A stretch of 64,000 nt of DNA, taken from contig OZ024744.1 of NCBI GenBank assembly GCA_964016885.1, positions 38,936,001 to 39,000,000 on the forward strand, given 5' to 3'. Positions 53,901-64,000 of this stretch are shown piece by piece; within the stretch, counting starts at the first letter, position 1; each line of letters starts with the position of its first letter. The notes under the pieces are model-generated. The model worked only from the letters and a program-made list of their open reading frames with translations, ran no database searches and was not told the origin of the DNA. A program made the translations under genes and the position numbers. This stretch comes from Eledone cirrhosa (lineage: Eukaryota).

Positions 53901-54394
53901 AGGCTGTTACACCCCCCTTTATCGGGACATGCTCCCACATAGTCCCAACGTGCATCTAGGATTCCATTCCAGTCCCCCACTAAAAGCAAGGAGCGGGACG
54001 TTCCCAGAAAAGTCTCTAGACGTTTGAAGAAGTCTGGCCGCGGTGTCCCGGATGGGGCATATGCGGCCACCAGCCTGAACGCTCCACCTTCACTACCGTC
54101 AACGTCTAGGACCACCAGTCGACCCTCCGGGTCCAGATGTACCGTCTGTGTTACGAGGCCCAGGTGTTTCCGCAGCAAAACGGCAACTCCGCCCCCACCC
54201 CCCGGTTGACAGAGAGATGCGTAGATCTCAAAGTCATCGAAGATGGGGGCCAGCTGTCGCTCGCCGTGGATCCTGGACTCGCAAATGGCTACCACATCCA
54301 AACTGTGCGACCTGAGGTCGTTTAAGAGTTTGCCCTGTTTCCAGGGCATCCCCAGGCCGCGTACGTTCACACATCCAACTCTTATATTGGCCAT
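50957..54394 (-). CDS. Tx1 ORF2: AP endonuclease, reverse transcriptase and C-terminal zinc finger, 1145 aa
   Basis: NVRGL, VGDWN, YLDRV and SDHK (APE); KSPGLDG, FRPITLLN, DQSKAFDRV, RQGCPLS and YADD (RT); LSLKGR; CPRC..ETVAHAFIHC. Confidence 0.96.
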   Translation of the reverse strand: MANIRVGCVNVRGLGMPWKQGKLLNDLRSHSLDVVAICESRIHGERQLAPIFDDFEIYASLCQPGGGGGVAVLLRKHLGLVTQTVHLDPEGRLVVLDVDGSEGGAFRLVAAYAPSGTPRPDFFKRLETFLGTSRSLLLVGDWNGILDARWDYVGACPDKGGCNSLKQLIDRFDLADRYRLDFPTAPLWTWSNRSGTSRSYLDRVLVRNKDRDMLSCPQMFMVAYSDHKLVTCMANLDRTHRQGPGYWKLNLSLPTSKAYSRRISTLVKQHLTGAIVNNRWWYSLKRAVRLDSIVFSKELALDRNRTEKELVDKVEEAIRSGNVASVLATRTALDQFFDAKHEGCVVRSKIRALGNEGAKAVSWARVTEAKSGNKSTIRSLKDQNGRVIREPKQMCAAFQRHFARLFGGSGAPGEAMDFGPYLDGLPRLSDSEAKFCEKPISATEIGDALSQCGKRKSPGLDGLPYEFYVAMPDLFSGLLEAVYCNWQQNGRIPSSVTGGVVTLIRKDENKGDDIGNFRPITLLNTELQILAKVLAKRLALVVENLVGEAQTCAIPTRSIHDNLHLMRYIIERVGCKPGFGGALINLDQSKAFDRVDHRYLDAVLEAAGFGPVFRGWIAAMHNSNICSRVKVNGYLSEPFHITRSIRQGCPLSSLLYVLTLEPLLRKLELLQGIPLEPGLRKAASAYADDVTVMVSSASQIEEVGTLLKEYESLTGAKLNRDKSIGLQLGSWRGRPMPSDGVVGRWTEGPVKLLGVWFGPDLQVEKNWNEVTAKVFALTQKWAECKLSLKGRAEVANTFIASAIYYRLTVVPCPAKTLAKMERALFRFLWKRRAPLVRRSICCQHPSNGGLGMPWLTMRKHALRLRHLYVFLTGQPVWAPFVRRAFPRLVSLTELQSWVKQRPRKMGDWHIECAQALTALWQADPAISGDSTSSFYRGLVRSKCDDALGETLGVEEDELASLFGRTFRPGPMDNFQKSLAWQCYRGALPVRDKLYRHGRPGRDPAKKICPRCVRDEETVAHAFIHCPGVTDLWGYVERLLSRVGPIQLTTESIVMIKPPPSFKNEGEAVFLCVIAMAKEVVWWTRLKGLRSDTFLSGQQLILFFKYHFGRRIRMEREVLYPSKFYERWVKVARMARVNGPSLYISL

Positions 54395-54427
54395 GTTGGT
54401 GCTGAAAAGTTAAAAGAGGAAAAGAGA

Positions 54428-55327
54428 TCACTCACCCTTCGCCTCCTGGGGACCAGGCCGCACGATTTCCATGGGGGTGTTGGAGGGGTTGTCTGGATGG
54501 GTGGTGGTTTCCGGCGGGGTGGGGACGCAGATGTTTGGTGGGGTGGGGTCTGGTGGAATGGGGGTGTCTGGGGTGGGGAGGCATTTGAGAAGGACGCGGT
54601 TGAGTGGTTTCACGCAGGAATTCCCCACATCCTTCTCAAATGTTTCTTTTAGGGACCTATAAGTTTGTATAGGGACCCTAATCAGTTTTAGGTTCATTTT
54701 TTTGCTATTTTTTATAGAGTGGGCGAAAGTTTTCCCTTCGGTGAAAACCGAAGGGTCGTTCGTAATGGTCTCCATTAGTGTTTTGTTTTCAGTGTTTATG
54801 TAAGTGTAAGTGTAATTTTCTTGTGTTGTGTTTGTTTTTGTCTGTAGTTCTTGTGTGTGCTTTCGTTTTGTTGTAGGTATTTTGTTTTCAGGAGGTGGGG
54901 GTTTTGTTTGTGATATTTTTGTTGTTTGTGTTGGTGGTTGTATGTTTGTGGTAGTGTTTGCTGGTTTTTTGCTTTTGTGATGTCTTTTCTTTCTTTTCGA
55001 GCGATGGGGTTCTCCCTCGTCTTCACTGGGTGATGGCGAGATAGCCTCATCTGTTGTATCGTCTGTGTGATTGGGGAGGGGTATGTCTTGGGGAGCTGTT
55101 GTGTCTGTATGTGATTTTGCAGTGGTTTTAGGTGGAGTGAGGTTGGGTGGGACTGTGTTTGTTGTGGTTATTTTTGTGTGTTGGTGTTGTTGTTGTAGTG
55201 GTGGTGTTGGTGGTTGTGTTGTTTTGATGGGTGTTGGCAGAAGAGCCTTTTTTTGGTTCATTAGTTTAGGACAGGAAGCCCTCAGGTGACCCCTGCTAAA
55301 GCAATGGTAACATGAAGGCCGCCCACC
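54428..55327 (-). pseudogene. 3' part of Tx1 ORF1 (copy B, truncated)
   Basis: Matches the C-terminal part of the 638-aa ORF1. Confidence 0.9.

Positions 55328-55380
<53 letters not shown>
55328..55380. repeat. Pure (GATA)n spacer between copies B and C
   Basis: Direct reading, about 13 units. Confidence 0.95.
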
Positions 55381-55613
55381 TTCTTTATTAGCCACAAAGG
55401 CGCAACAAGAAAGGGGACAATACAAAGACATGCCGGGGATTTTACATACAGTCGTGTAAAAAATATAAAAACAAACAATTTCAACAATCGAAATCCCCAA
55501 TAGGGGGGAGGCGCCACAAATGGGTTGTTTAATACCCCGTCGATAGAACAACCCTCAACTCAAGGAGCGTGTTGTGCAAGTGCTCCTTTCTTCCTTTTGC
55601 TCTCTTCCTCAAC

Positions 55614-58600
55614 CTACAGGCTTATAAACAGAGAAGGCCCAATCACTCGGGCCATTTTCGCTTCATTCACCCACCTTTCAGTAAATTTACTGGGGTGCAG
55701 TGCCTCTCTCTCCACCCTGATTCTCCTTCTAAAGTGATACTTAAAGAATGGAATCAATTGTTGTCCGGAGAGAAAGGCATCTGTCCTCAGTCCTCTCAAC
55801 CTCGTCCACCATATAACTTCTTTCACCATAGCCACCGTACAGAGGAAAACCGCCTCTCTTTCGTTTTTGAAAGAGTCTGGCGGTCTGATCCTTACTATGG
55901 ATTCGGCAGTCAACTGTATTTGTCCCATACGCGACAGCAGTTGTTCTGCATAGTTCCACAGGTCGCTTACGCCCGGGCAGTGTACAATTGCGTGCAGAAC
56001 TGTTTCAATGTCCTGCGCACATCTTGGACACGTCCTCTTGGAAGGATCCCTGCCAGGGCGTCCGTGCCTGTAGATCTTGTCACGAACCGGTAGAGCTCCT
56101 CGGTAGCACTGCCAGGCCAGGGACCTCTGGAAGTTGTCCATAGGTCCCGGGCGGAAAGTCCTACCAAACATACTGGTGAGCTCATCGTCTTCGACGCCCA
56201 GAGTCTCTCCGAGCACGTCGTCGCCCTTGTAACGTACAATCCCTCTATAGAATGTCGAAGTGGAGTCTCCACTGATTGCTGCGCCCGCTTGCCAGAGGAC
56301 TGTGAGCGCCTGAGCGCATTCAATGTGCCAGGCGCCCATCGTTTTCGGTCTTTTCTTCACCCAGGACTGCAGCTCCGTTAGCGAGACGAGCTGTGGGAAA
56401 GCCTGTCTCACAAACGGTGCCCACACCGGTTGGGGGTCGGTGAGGAATACCTGGAGATGCCGCAGCCTCAGCGCATGTTTGCGCATCATCAGCCACGGCA
56501 TTCCCAGCCCTCCGTTGGAAGGGTGCTGACAGCAGACGGATCTCCTCACCAGCGGAGCCTGCTTCTTCCACAGAAACTGGAAGAGCATGCGTTCCATCTT
56601 GGCGAGGTGTTCACGGGGACAAGGCACGACAGTCAAGCGGTAGTAGATGACGGACGCTATGAAAGTGTTCGCCACCTCCGCTCGACCTTTCAAGGACACT
56701 TTGCACTCTGCCCACTTCTGAGTGAGTGCAAACACCTTGGCCGTGACCTCGTTCCAGTTTTTCTCCACCTGGAGGTCCGGACCAAACCAGACCCCGAGCA
56801 GCTTTACCGGTCCTTCCGTCCAGCGTCCGACGACGCCATCGGAAGGCATCGGTCTGCCTCTCTACGTACCGAGTTGCAAACCGACAGACTTGTCTGGGTT
56901 GAGTTTTGCTCCCGTCAGCGTTTCGTATTCTTTCAGTATGTTGCCGATCACCCCGATTTCCGAGGTGCTCGACACCATTACTGTCACGTCGTCGGCATAA
57001 GCCGACGCCGCTTTGCGCAGTCCCGGTTCTAGGGGTATGCCCTGCAACAGCTCCAATTTCCGCAGTAGTGGCTCTAGAGTCAATACATACAGAATGGAGG
57101 AGAGAGGGCATCCCTGTCGAATGGAACGCGTGATTGCGAACGGCTCCGATAGGTAGCCGTTCACCTTGACCCTCGAGCAGATGCTGGTGTGCATCGCCTC
57201 GATTCATCCTCTGAACACGGGACCGAAACCGGCCGCCTTGAGAACCGCTTCCAGGTAACGATGGTCAACCCTATCGAAAGCCTTAGACTGATCCAAGTTG
57301 ATCAGGACCCCACCGAAGCCGGGTTTACACCCTACCCTCTCTATGATGTATCGCATGAGGTGGAGGTTGTCGTGTATGGACCTGGTCGGGATTGCACACG
57401 TTTGCGCTTTCCCTACCAGGTTCTCGACGACAAGCGCCAACCTCGTCGCTAGCACCTTGGCCAAAATCTTTAACTCTATGTTGAGCAGAGTTATGGGCCT
57501 GAAGTTGTTAATTTCGTCCCCCTTGTTCTCGTCTTTCCTGATCAGCGTTACTACGCCCTTGCCTGCAGAACTGGGAATTCTCCCGTTCTGCTGCCAATTG
57601 CAGTAGACGGCTTCGAGGACGCCAGAGAACAAGTCCGGCATGCCTATGTAAAATTCGTAGGGTAGACCATCTAGACCGGGTGACTTGCGTTTCCCGCAGC
57701 GGCCCAGAGCGTCCCGTATCTCAGTGTCCGTGATCGGTCTTTCGCAGAACTCGGCGTCCGTGTTCGAGAGACGCGGCAGGCCGTCGAGGTATGAACTAAA
57801 GTCCATTGCCCCGCTCGGCTCACCGTCGTTCTGCTCAAACAGTCGCGCAAAGTGCCGCTGAAAGGCCGCGCACATTTGCTTGGGGTCAAGTAGCACGCGT
57901 CCGTTTTGGTCTTTCAAAGACCGAATCGTGGACTTGTTGCCACTTTTTGCCTCTGCCACTCGGGCCCAGCTGACAGCTTTCGCTCCTTCGTTTCCTAGAG
58001 CACGTGTTTTGCTTCTGACCACGCAGCCTTCGTGTTTCGCATCGAAGAACTGGTCCAGTGCCGTTCTTGACGCTAACACTCTAGCCGCGTTGCCACTTCT
58101 AAGTGCCTCCTCTACCTTGGCTACTAGTTCTCTTTCTATTCTGTTTTTCTCTAAGGCTAACTCTCTGCTATACCCTATCGATTCTATTCTAATTGCTTTC
58201 TTGAGAGAGTACCACCATCTATTGTTGACGATGGCTCCCGTTAACTGTTGCTTGACTAGTTTACTTATCCGTTCACTGTAAGCTTTACGTGCCGGCAACG
58301 ACACGTTCAGCTTCCAGTATCCGGGACCCTGTCTATGTATTCTATCACGGTTGACTAAGCAGACGACTAACTTGTGATCTGAATAGGCAACCATGTGCAT
58401 TCGTGGACAGCTTAACATATCCTTGTCCCTTTCTCTAATGAAGAACCTATCTAAATACGATCTAGATGTCCCACTGCGGTTTACCCACGTCCACTGTGGT
58501 GCAGTCGGGAAATCCAGTCGATACCTATCGGCCAGTTGGAATTGGCCGATTAAAGTTTTGAGGCTGTTGCACCCCGCTCTACTGGGACATGCTCCCACAT

Positions 58601-59060
58601 AGTCCCATCGTGCATCTAGGATACCATTCCAGTCCCCCACTAAAAGTAAGGAGCGAGACGTTCCCAGAAAAGACTCTAGACGCTTAAAGAAGTCTGGCCG
58701 TGATTGCGATTGCCCGGTCGGGGCATAAACGGCCACCAGTCTGAAGGCTCCACCTCCGATACTGTTCACGTCTAGGACTACCAGTCTACCCTCCGGGTCC
58801 AAGTGTACTTGCTGTACTCCGACGTCCAGGTTCTTCCGAAACATAACAGCCACTCCACCTCCACCTCCTGGCTGACAGAGAGATGCGTAGATCTCAAAGT
58901 CGTCGAAGATGGGGGTTAGTTGCTGCCTGTTGTGGATTCTGGACTCGGTGATGGCTATCACATCCATACTGTGTGACCCAAGGTCGTTTAAAAGTTGGCC
59001 CTGTTTCCAGGGCATCCCTAGGCCACGCACATTCACGGTTCCAACTCGTAAACCAGCCAT
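55614..59060 (-). pseudogene. Tx1 ORF2 copy C, two frameshifts (~57200 and ~56860)
   Basis: ORF pieces 57204-59060, 56862-57194 and 55614-56849 are colinear with copy B ORF2. Confidence 0.92.
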
Positions 59061-59101
59061 GTTGGTGAAGAAAAGTTGGAGAAAAAGGACGAAAGGTGCA
59101 C

Positions 59102-60820
59102 TTACCTTTTCGTTTCCTGGAGATCGGGTTGTTCAATCTCCATTTGGGTGCTGGATGGGGTGTTGGGTGGGGTGGGGAAACCTTTCAACAGGACGCGGTT
59201 GATGGGTTTGTGGCAGGGGTTGCCCACGTCCTGTGAAAATTTAATTTTCAGGTCTTTATAGGTTTCCATAGAAACCCTTATAAGTTTAAGGTGTGGAGAC
59301 GATTCTGCCTTGACGAAAGTTTTGCCCTCCGTCTCCACCTTGGGGTTTTGGGAGATGACCTCCATCAAACTCTTGTTGTTTGTGTTGATGTATGCGTATT
59401 GTTGTTTGTGTTTTTGTTGTATTGTTTTAGTTTGTTGTTCATCTGGGAGTTTTCTTTTTATGGTGGGTGCTTGTGTTTGGGGTGGTGTTGGTGCTGGTTT
59501 TGCTGATAGGGGGGTGTTTGACTGTGGTGTTGTTTGTGTTGTTGTTTGTGTCTGTGGTTGTGTGTTGGTGTTGGTGATTGGAGTTTTGGGGGTTTTGTGG
59601 TGTCTCTTTTTTTGTTTTTTGGATTTCCGCGGTTCTCCCTCTTCTTCACTTAAAGAAGGAGAAGCAGCTTCATCCGTCGATGAATAATCATCGTCAGGTG
59701 TGTGGGGTAAGGATATGTTGTGTGGTGGTGGTGGTGTTTCGGTATGTGTGTTTGTGGTAGTGTTTGATGGAGTGGGATGGAGTGGGGATGTGTTCTTCAG
59801 GGGTGTTGTCTCTGTTTTTTCTGTTGTTGTTGGTTGAGTGTCTGTTTGTTTTGGTGTGGTTGCTCGTTTCGTCTGTCGTTGTACTTGTGGTGGTGGTGGT
59901 GGTTGTTTTGGTGTTGGTGTTGGTAATAGCGTTTTTTTTATGATGTTGCTGTTGTGTGTTTGTGGACAAGAGGCTTTTAGGTGAGATGTGCTACCACAGC
60001 GAAAGCAGTGAAATTTTCTTCCTTCTACCGAAATGTTTATTTTGTTGTTATTATCAATAACGACTCTTTCGGGTATTTTGGAGATTCTCTCCGGTTTCAT
60101 TTGCAACAGAATCTCCAAATCGGTGCCCGCCCACCTTTGTCGAATGGATTTTCGTATCGAAAGTATTATGTCTGTTTCTGGCTCTACGAAGCCAGCCAAG
60201 ATCCACCAGATGTTAATGCTTGGAGGTATGTTTTTTATTTTTATTTTTTGTGTCCTTTTCCCCATGTATGTAGGGAAAAAGGTGTATGCTTTTGACACTA
60301 TTGGTGTCACAGAGTTTTTTGGGGCCAGTGTTTCGCTTTTAAACAGTACGGAAACACTTCCGTACTGTTTTCCTCGCTGGAGAAAATCGACATTTCCTAG
60401 AATCTCCTTGAAAGAATCTTCTATATCTGACTGATTAACAAATGTCGGTTTTCTTGACGAATTTGACACAGTCCTAAAAGTGACTGATCGGCGGTTTGTG
60501 TCTTCCTTTATTTCAAGGGGTGAGTTAATTCTAAACCCACCTCTTTCTTCGAAAGTTACAAATTTTCTCCCTTGCTGGAGCATATCTCTTGCGTTGGAGA
60601 TATCAAGATTTATAAAATCTTGTTTCTTGTTGACTGTGTCAGCAAAAGACATTTTCTTTTTTTGTGTGATGTTGTTGTTAATAATGATGTTAGCGTTGTT
60701 GGAAATTTTATGTGTAGATGTATCTGTAGAGTTGTTGATGTCTTTTTCATGTGTATGTATGTCAATGGGTTTTTTTGCCGTGTTTTCCCGTGTGTTATTG
60801 TCATTTTTCTCCGCTTCCAC
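59102..60820 (-). CDS. Tx1 ORF1 copy C (CCHC zinc knuckle), about 572 aa; true start uncertain
   Basis: MSFADTV; YTFFPTYMGKRTQKI shared with copy A; CFRCGSTSHLKASC. Confidence 0.85.
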   Translation of the reverse strand: MEAEKNDNNTRENTAKKPIDIHTHEKDINNSTDTSTHKISNNANIIINNNITQKKKMSFADTVNKKQDFINLDISNARDMLQQGRKFVTFEERGGFRINSPLEIKEDTNRRSVTFRTVSNSSRKPTFVNQSDIEDSFKEILGNVDFLQRGKQYGSVSVLFKSETLAPKNSVTPIVSKAYTFFPTYMGKRTQKIKIKNIPPSINIWWILAGFVEPETDIILSIRKSIRQRWAGTDLEILLQMKPERISKIPERVVIDNNNKINISVEGRKFHCFRCGSTSHLKASCPQTHNSNIIKKTLLPTPTPKQPPPPPQVQRQTKRATTPKQTDTQPTTTEKTETTPLKNTSPLHPTPSNTTTNTHTETPPPPHNISLPHTPDDDYSSTDEAASPSLSEEEGEPRKSKKQKKRHHKTPKTPITNTNTQPQTQTTTQTTPQSNTPLSAKPAPTPPQTQAPTIKRKLPDEQQTKTIQQKHKQQYAYINTNNKSLMEVISQNPKVETEGKTFVKAESSPHLKLIRVSMETYKDLKIKFSQDVGNPCHKPINRVLLKGFPTPPNTPSSTQMEIEQPDLQETKR

Positions 60821-61619
60821 TATCTCTCCATTGTCATAACATTCACTATAAAGACTACAGAATAGTTTTCCAAATAAGGGCGCAAAAATGTAATGAAAAC
60901 TTGTTCACGTGACAGCCAAATTTCATTTATAACCAACCAAAAAAAAGCCTTCGTGAGCCTCATTTTTTCAAGTAAAAAGAAATTCAAACACTCATATATG
61001 AAAAAACAACCTGTGACACCCCCCCCCCCCCCCTCTCTTATTTGAAGAACTATTGTAACGCGAACTGGCGCGAAATTTATTATAATTATTGACAAACCAA
61101 TCAAATTACTTCTCGAAAAACCTGGTTTTCGAGCCAGTTTTTCCATATAAAACAAGTAACATTTAGAGACCAACCAGATGTGAGAAAAACCACAGACCCT
61201 CCATCTCAACTCACCTTTTGAAAAGCAGAAGAACTGCGAAACCGGTAAAGGAACCAAATAAATATATATATTTATTAAAAAAATAAGACTTCAGTTGCAT
61301 TTTCGATTTCATCCCTTTTTCTTTATACTTCCACTCGTGTAGGACACCTCGGTTATTTTTCATTTTGTAAAAAAAACCTCACTTTCTAATATATATATAT
61401 ATATATATATGCAGACAGCGGTGCGATGCACTCTACTGCTGCATTAAGTGTGGCCGAACCTCGAGTTCGGGAACTACTATAGGTACCCGTTTACGTGTGT
61501 TGTATTGAACCGAATACCTATGTGTATACTCTAGGAGTATATTTTACCTTACCTATTGAGTACGCTGAGATGCAACCGGTCCTAGCATTGATAGATATGC
61601 TGGGTCCGTCAACTTCTTA

Positions 61620-62564
61620 TCTATATATATATATAAAACTGATGTTGTCTGTGTATGTGTCCTCATTTTCGCAAAGTCTATACAAATCCACATTTCTATT
61701 CCGATTGACTTCAAACTTGCATTTATATATTCCTTGCAGTCTAAAGATACTAAATGAAGCTTTTATTTTTCAATTTTCTGTTGTTAAAGGGGTGTTAGGC
61801 GCCGGTTATCGATCTCCGTCGAGCCCTTATAATATATGTCTGTATGTCTGTATGTCTGCATAACGACATTCTGACGAACACGTCATTGCTGACGTATTAT
61901 CTTCGCCACATTCACACACACATACATATATATACACACATACATACATATACACACACGTATATACACATATACATATATATATATATACACACATATA
62001 CAAACACATATACACATATATATATATACACATACATATATATAAATATACACAAAAATATATGTATATATACCACCCCCCACACACACATATATATATA
62101 TATATACATACATGCATACACACACATATATATATGCATACATACACACATATTGATTCTTTAGAATCTGCCATTTGACCAGTGACAGCGAGATTTTCAG
62201 TGCATGGAATCCAGTCCCCGCTAGCTGTTCCATTTACCGAATTATTATTATTTTTATATGAGTCCCCAGTGTCCGCGCATTGCCTGGAGACTTAGCTGAG
62301 AATAGACCTCCCTGATGACGCAATGAATTCTCAACAGTTTATTACGTAACTGTCTTTATCCCATTGCAGAAACTAATTAGTTGGAGTGAAAATTTTAGTA
62401 AGTAAGTTAATTTTAAAAAAATTTTGTTTTAATTTTCTTATTTTACGTCTTTTATATTATTGTTCTGCATCCTCCTGCATTGAACCACCTAGGTACTATG
62501 ACATAACCTGTGTATTTGCTGGCATTAGCGTACATCTGTACGCATATGTTAGTAGATATACTAA

Positions 62565-62641
<77 letters not shown>

Positions 62642-63366
62642 GTGTGTATATATATATATACATTGTAGGTCGCTTTCACCCGTCTTTTAGTAATCAAAAA
62701 ACTTCTTGCCAATAAACATTAACCCTTTGTGCACCATTCATGTAACTGTAGACCAACAAATACCAACTAAACGGAGCGTTGACAAGAACGATGGCGAAGG
62801 AATCTTCGGGGTAAGCAGTTTCCTCTCGAGCTGTTAGTTCACGCAAGATTCTCTGCTACACATTTTCGTAATAATACCGAACAACGTACTGCTGGTCACT
62901 CCTTCCTCCAAAAGCCGTACAAAGCGGACATGTGCATCGGGTAGATGGATCGGGTGCAAATCTACACCAGGCCTACGTGAGAAATTCGCAAGGGACTGCA
63001 CCGAGAGGGATAGAGATAAAGAGTAACTTAGAAAGAGTGCGAATGAACTTTTGAGGTAAGTAGCCTACGCCTTACTGCTATTGCAATGGAACCTTCTGCC
63101 AACTTAACCTGTGACTTTCTCTTTCACATTTACTCCAATAGGCCAAAACAGAGGAGTATGAAAAGAAGGAGCTCAACAATATTTCTATGAACAATGGACG
63201 TAGACAGCTAAACTGTACTTTCAACTTCTTAATTTTCTCCAAATAAAAGAAGTTTCCTGTCGGTATATTTTTGTGAGTTTTTAACAGGCACTCACAAATA
63301 AACGTTTATCATTGGAGGTGCTATTACCAATGTTCTTACCCGTGCAACGCCGGGATACACTGCTAG
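61620..63366 (+). mobile_element. Non-autonomous Helitron with extra internal sequence
   Basis: A|TCTATATATATATATAAAACTGATGTTGTCTGT ... CCCGtgcaacgcCGGG atacactg CTAG|T. Confidence 0.82.
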
Positions 63367-63451
<85 letters not shown>

Positions 63452-63647
63452 AACATATACACGCACAATCTATTTTTAGAAACGTTGAGCAAATTACGAA
63501 TTCTTTTAGAAAATTAAGTTAACTTACAATTAATGGCTACAAGAAACACTTTTGTCATATATGCTCCCTGGTTACAAAAATGCGCATTTTGTCGCATTGA
63601 GTTACAAAAACATATAAATTATTTTATCATTATTACTGAAGAGTTGA

Positions 63648-63866
63648 GGGTGATGGATTGGCAGTATCGGTAGAGCGTCCAACACCATGCTTTGCAGCAT
63701 AGAGTTGTGCCCCTTTACTTCTGATTTCAAATCTCGTCGATGTTAGCTTCTCTTTTCATCCTTACGGGGTGAAAATAAAGTACCAGTAATGCACTGGGGT
63801 CGATTTAATCGACTTTCCTCTCCCTCAAAATTGCTGGCCTTCTGCCTCTAGTAGAAACCATTATTA
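63648..63866 (+). mobile_element. Nin/Deu-like tRNA SINE
   Basis: TGGCAGTATCGG A box, TTCATCCTTACGGGGT core, AGTAGAAAC tail. Confidence 0.75.
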
Positions 63867-64000
63867 CTGAAGCGTTGGTGAGCACCTGGTTAGTCAGACG
63901 TTGTCAAAATTTATTAGCACCTTCATCTCATTAGTTCTTAAGGCTATGCATGTTGGACCCTGATTTCTTGTAATGGTAATGATGTATTGGTAACTGGTGC

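Larger units (their letters stand above)
50721..55327 (-). mobile_element. Tx1 copy B, 5'-truncated inside ORF1, with intact ORF2
   Basis: Very similar to copy A. Homology stops just upstream of the zinc-knuckle codons and runs straight into (GATA)n. Confidence 0.93.
55381..61437 (-). mobile_element. Tx1 copy C, divergent sister subfamily, apparently full length (5' end approximate)
   Basis: Same 3' terminus GGCTAATAAAGAAA(TCTA)n; ORF1 and a frameshifted ORF2; candidate 5' end AGTAGAGTG resembles copy A's AGTCGTGTG. Confidence 0.85.

Noticed and set aside
60820-61257. 145-aa ORF upstream of copy C ORF1
   Set aside because: AT-rich 5' UTR with no motifs and no counterpart in copy A.

Overview
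Repeat-saturated, AT-rich animal genomic DNA. It is most likely cephalopod (Octopus-like), inferred from the SINE types and the extreme TA/CA/GA/GATA microsatellite density. No host protein-coding gene can be called with confidence. Main contents: (1) a head-to-tail array of three Tx1-clade non-LTR retrotransposons on the minus strand (about 44.8-61.4 kb), joined only by (GATA)n tracts. One has an intact 1145-aa ORF2, and a probable target-site duplication lies inside the GATA tract. (2) Several Naiad-type Penelope-like (PLE) fragments with GIY-YIG endonuclease and minimal hammerhead ribozymes. (3) At least seven short fold-back (inverted-duplication) insertions, most sitting in (TA)n tracts and most carrying a hammerhead or part of one. 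(4) Four non-autonomous Helitrons (TC...hairpin-CTRR). (5) Decayed RTE LINEs, one with a twin-priming-type 5' inversion. (6) tRNA-derived Nin/Deu-like and CORE-like SINEs, and a 610-bp TG...CA repeat in two copies. The most interesting signals are the GATA-nested Tx1 array, conserved splice-site motifs bracketing Tx1 ORF2, and the recurrent hammerhead hairpins in TA repeats. Coordinates were read by eye and no searches were run.
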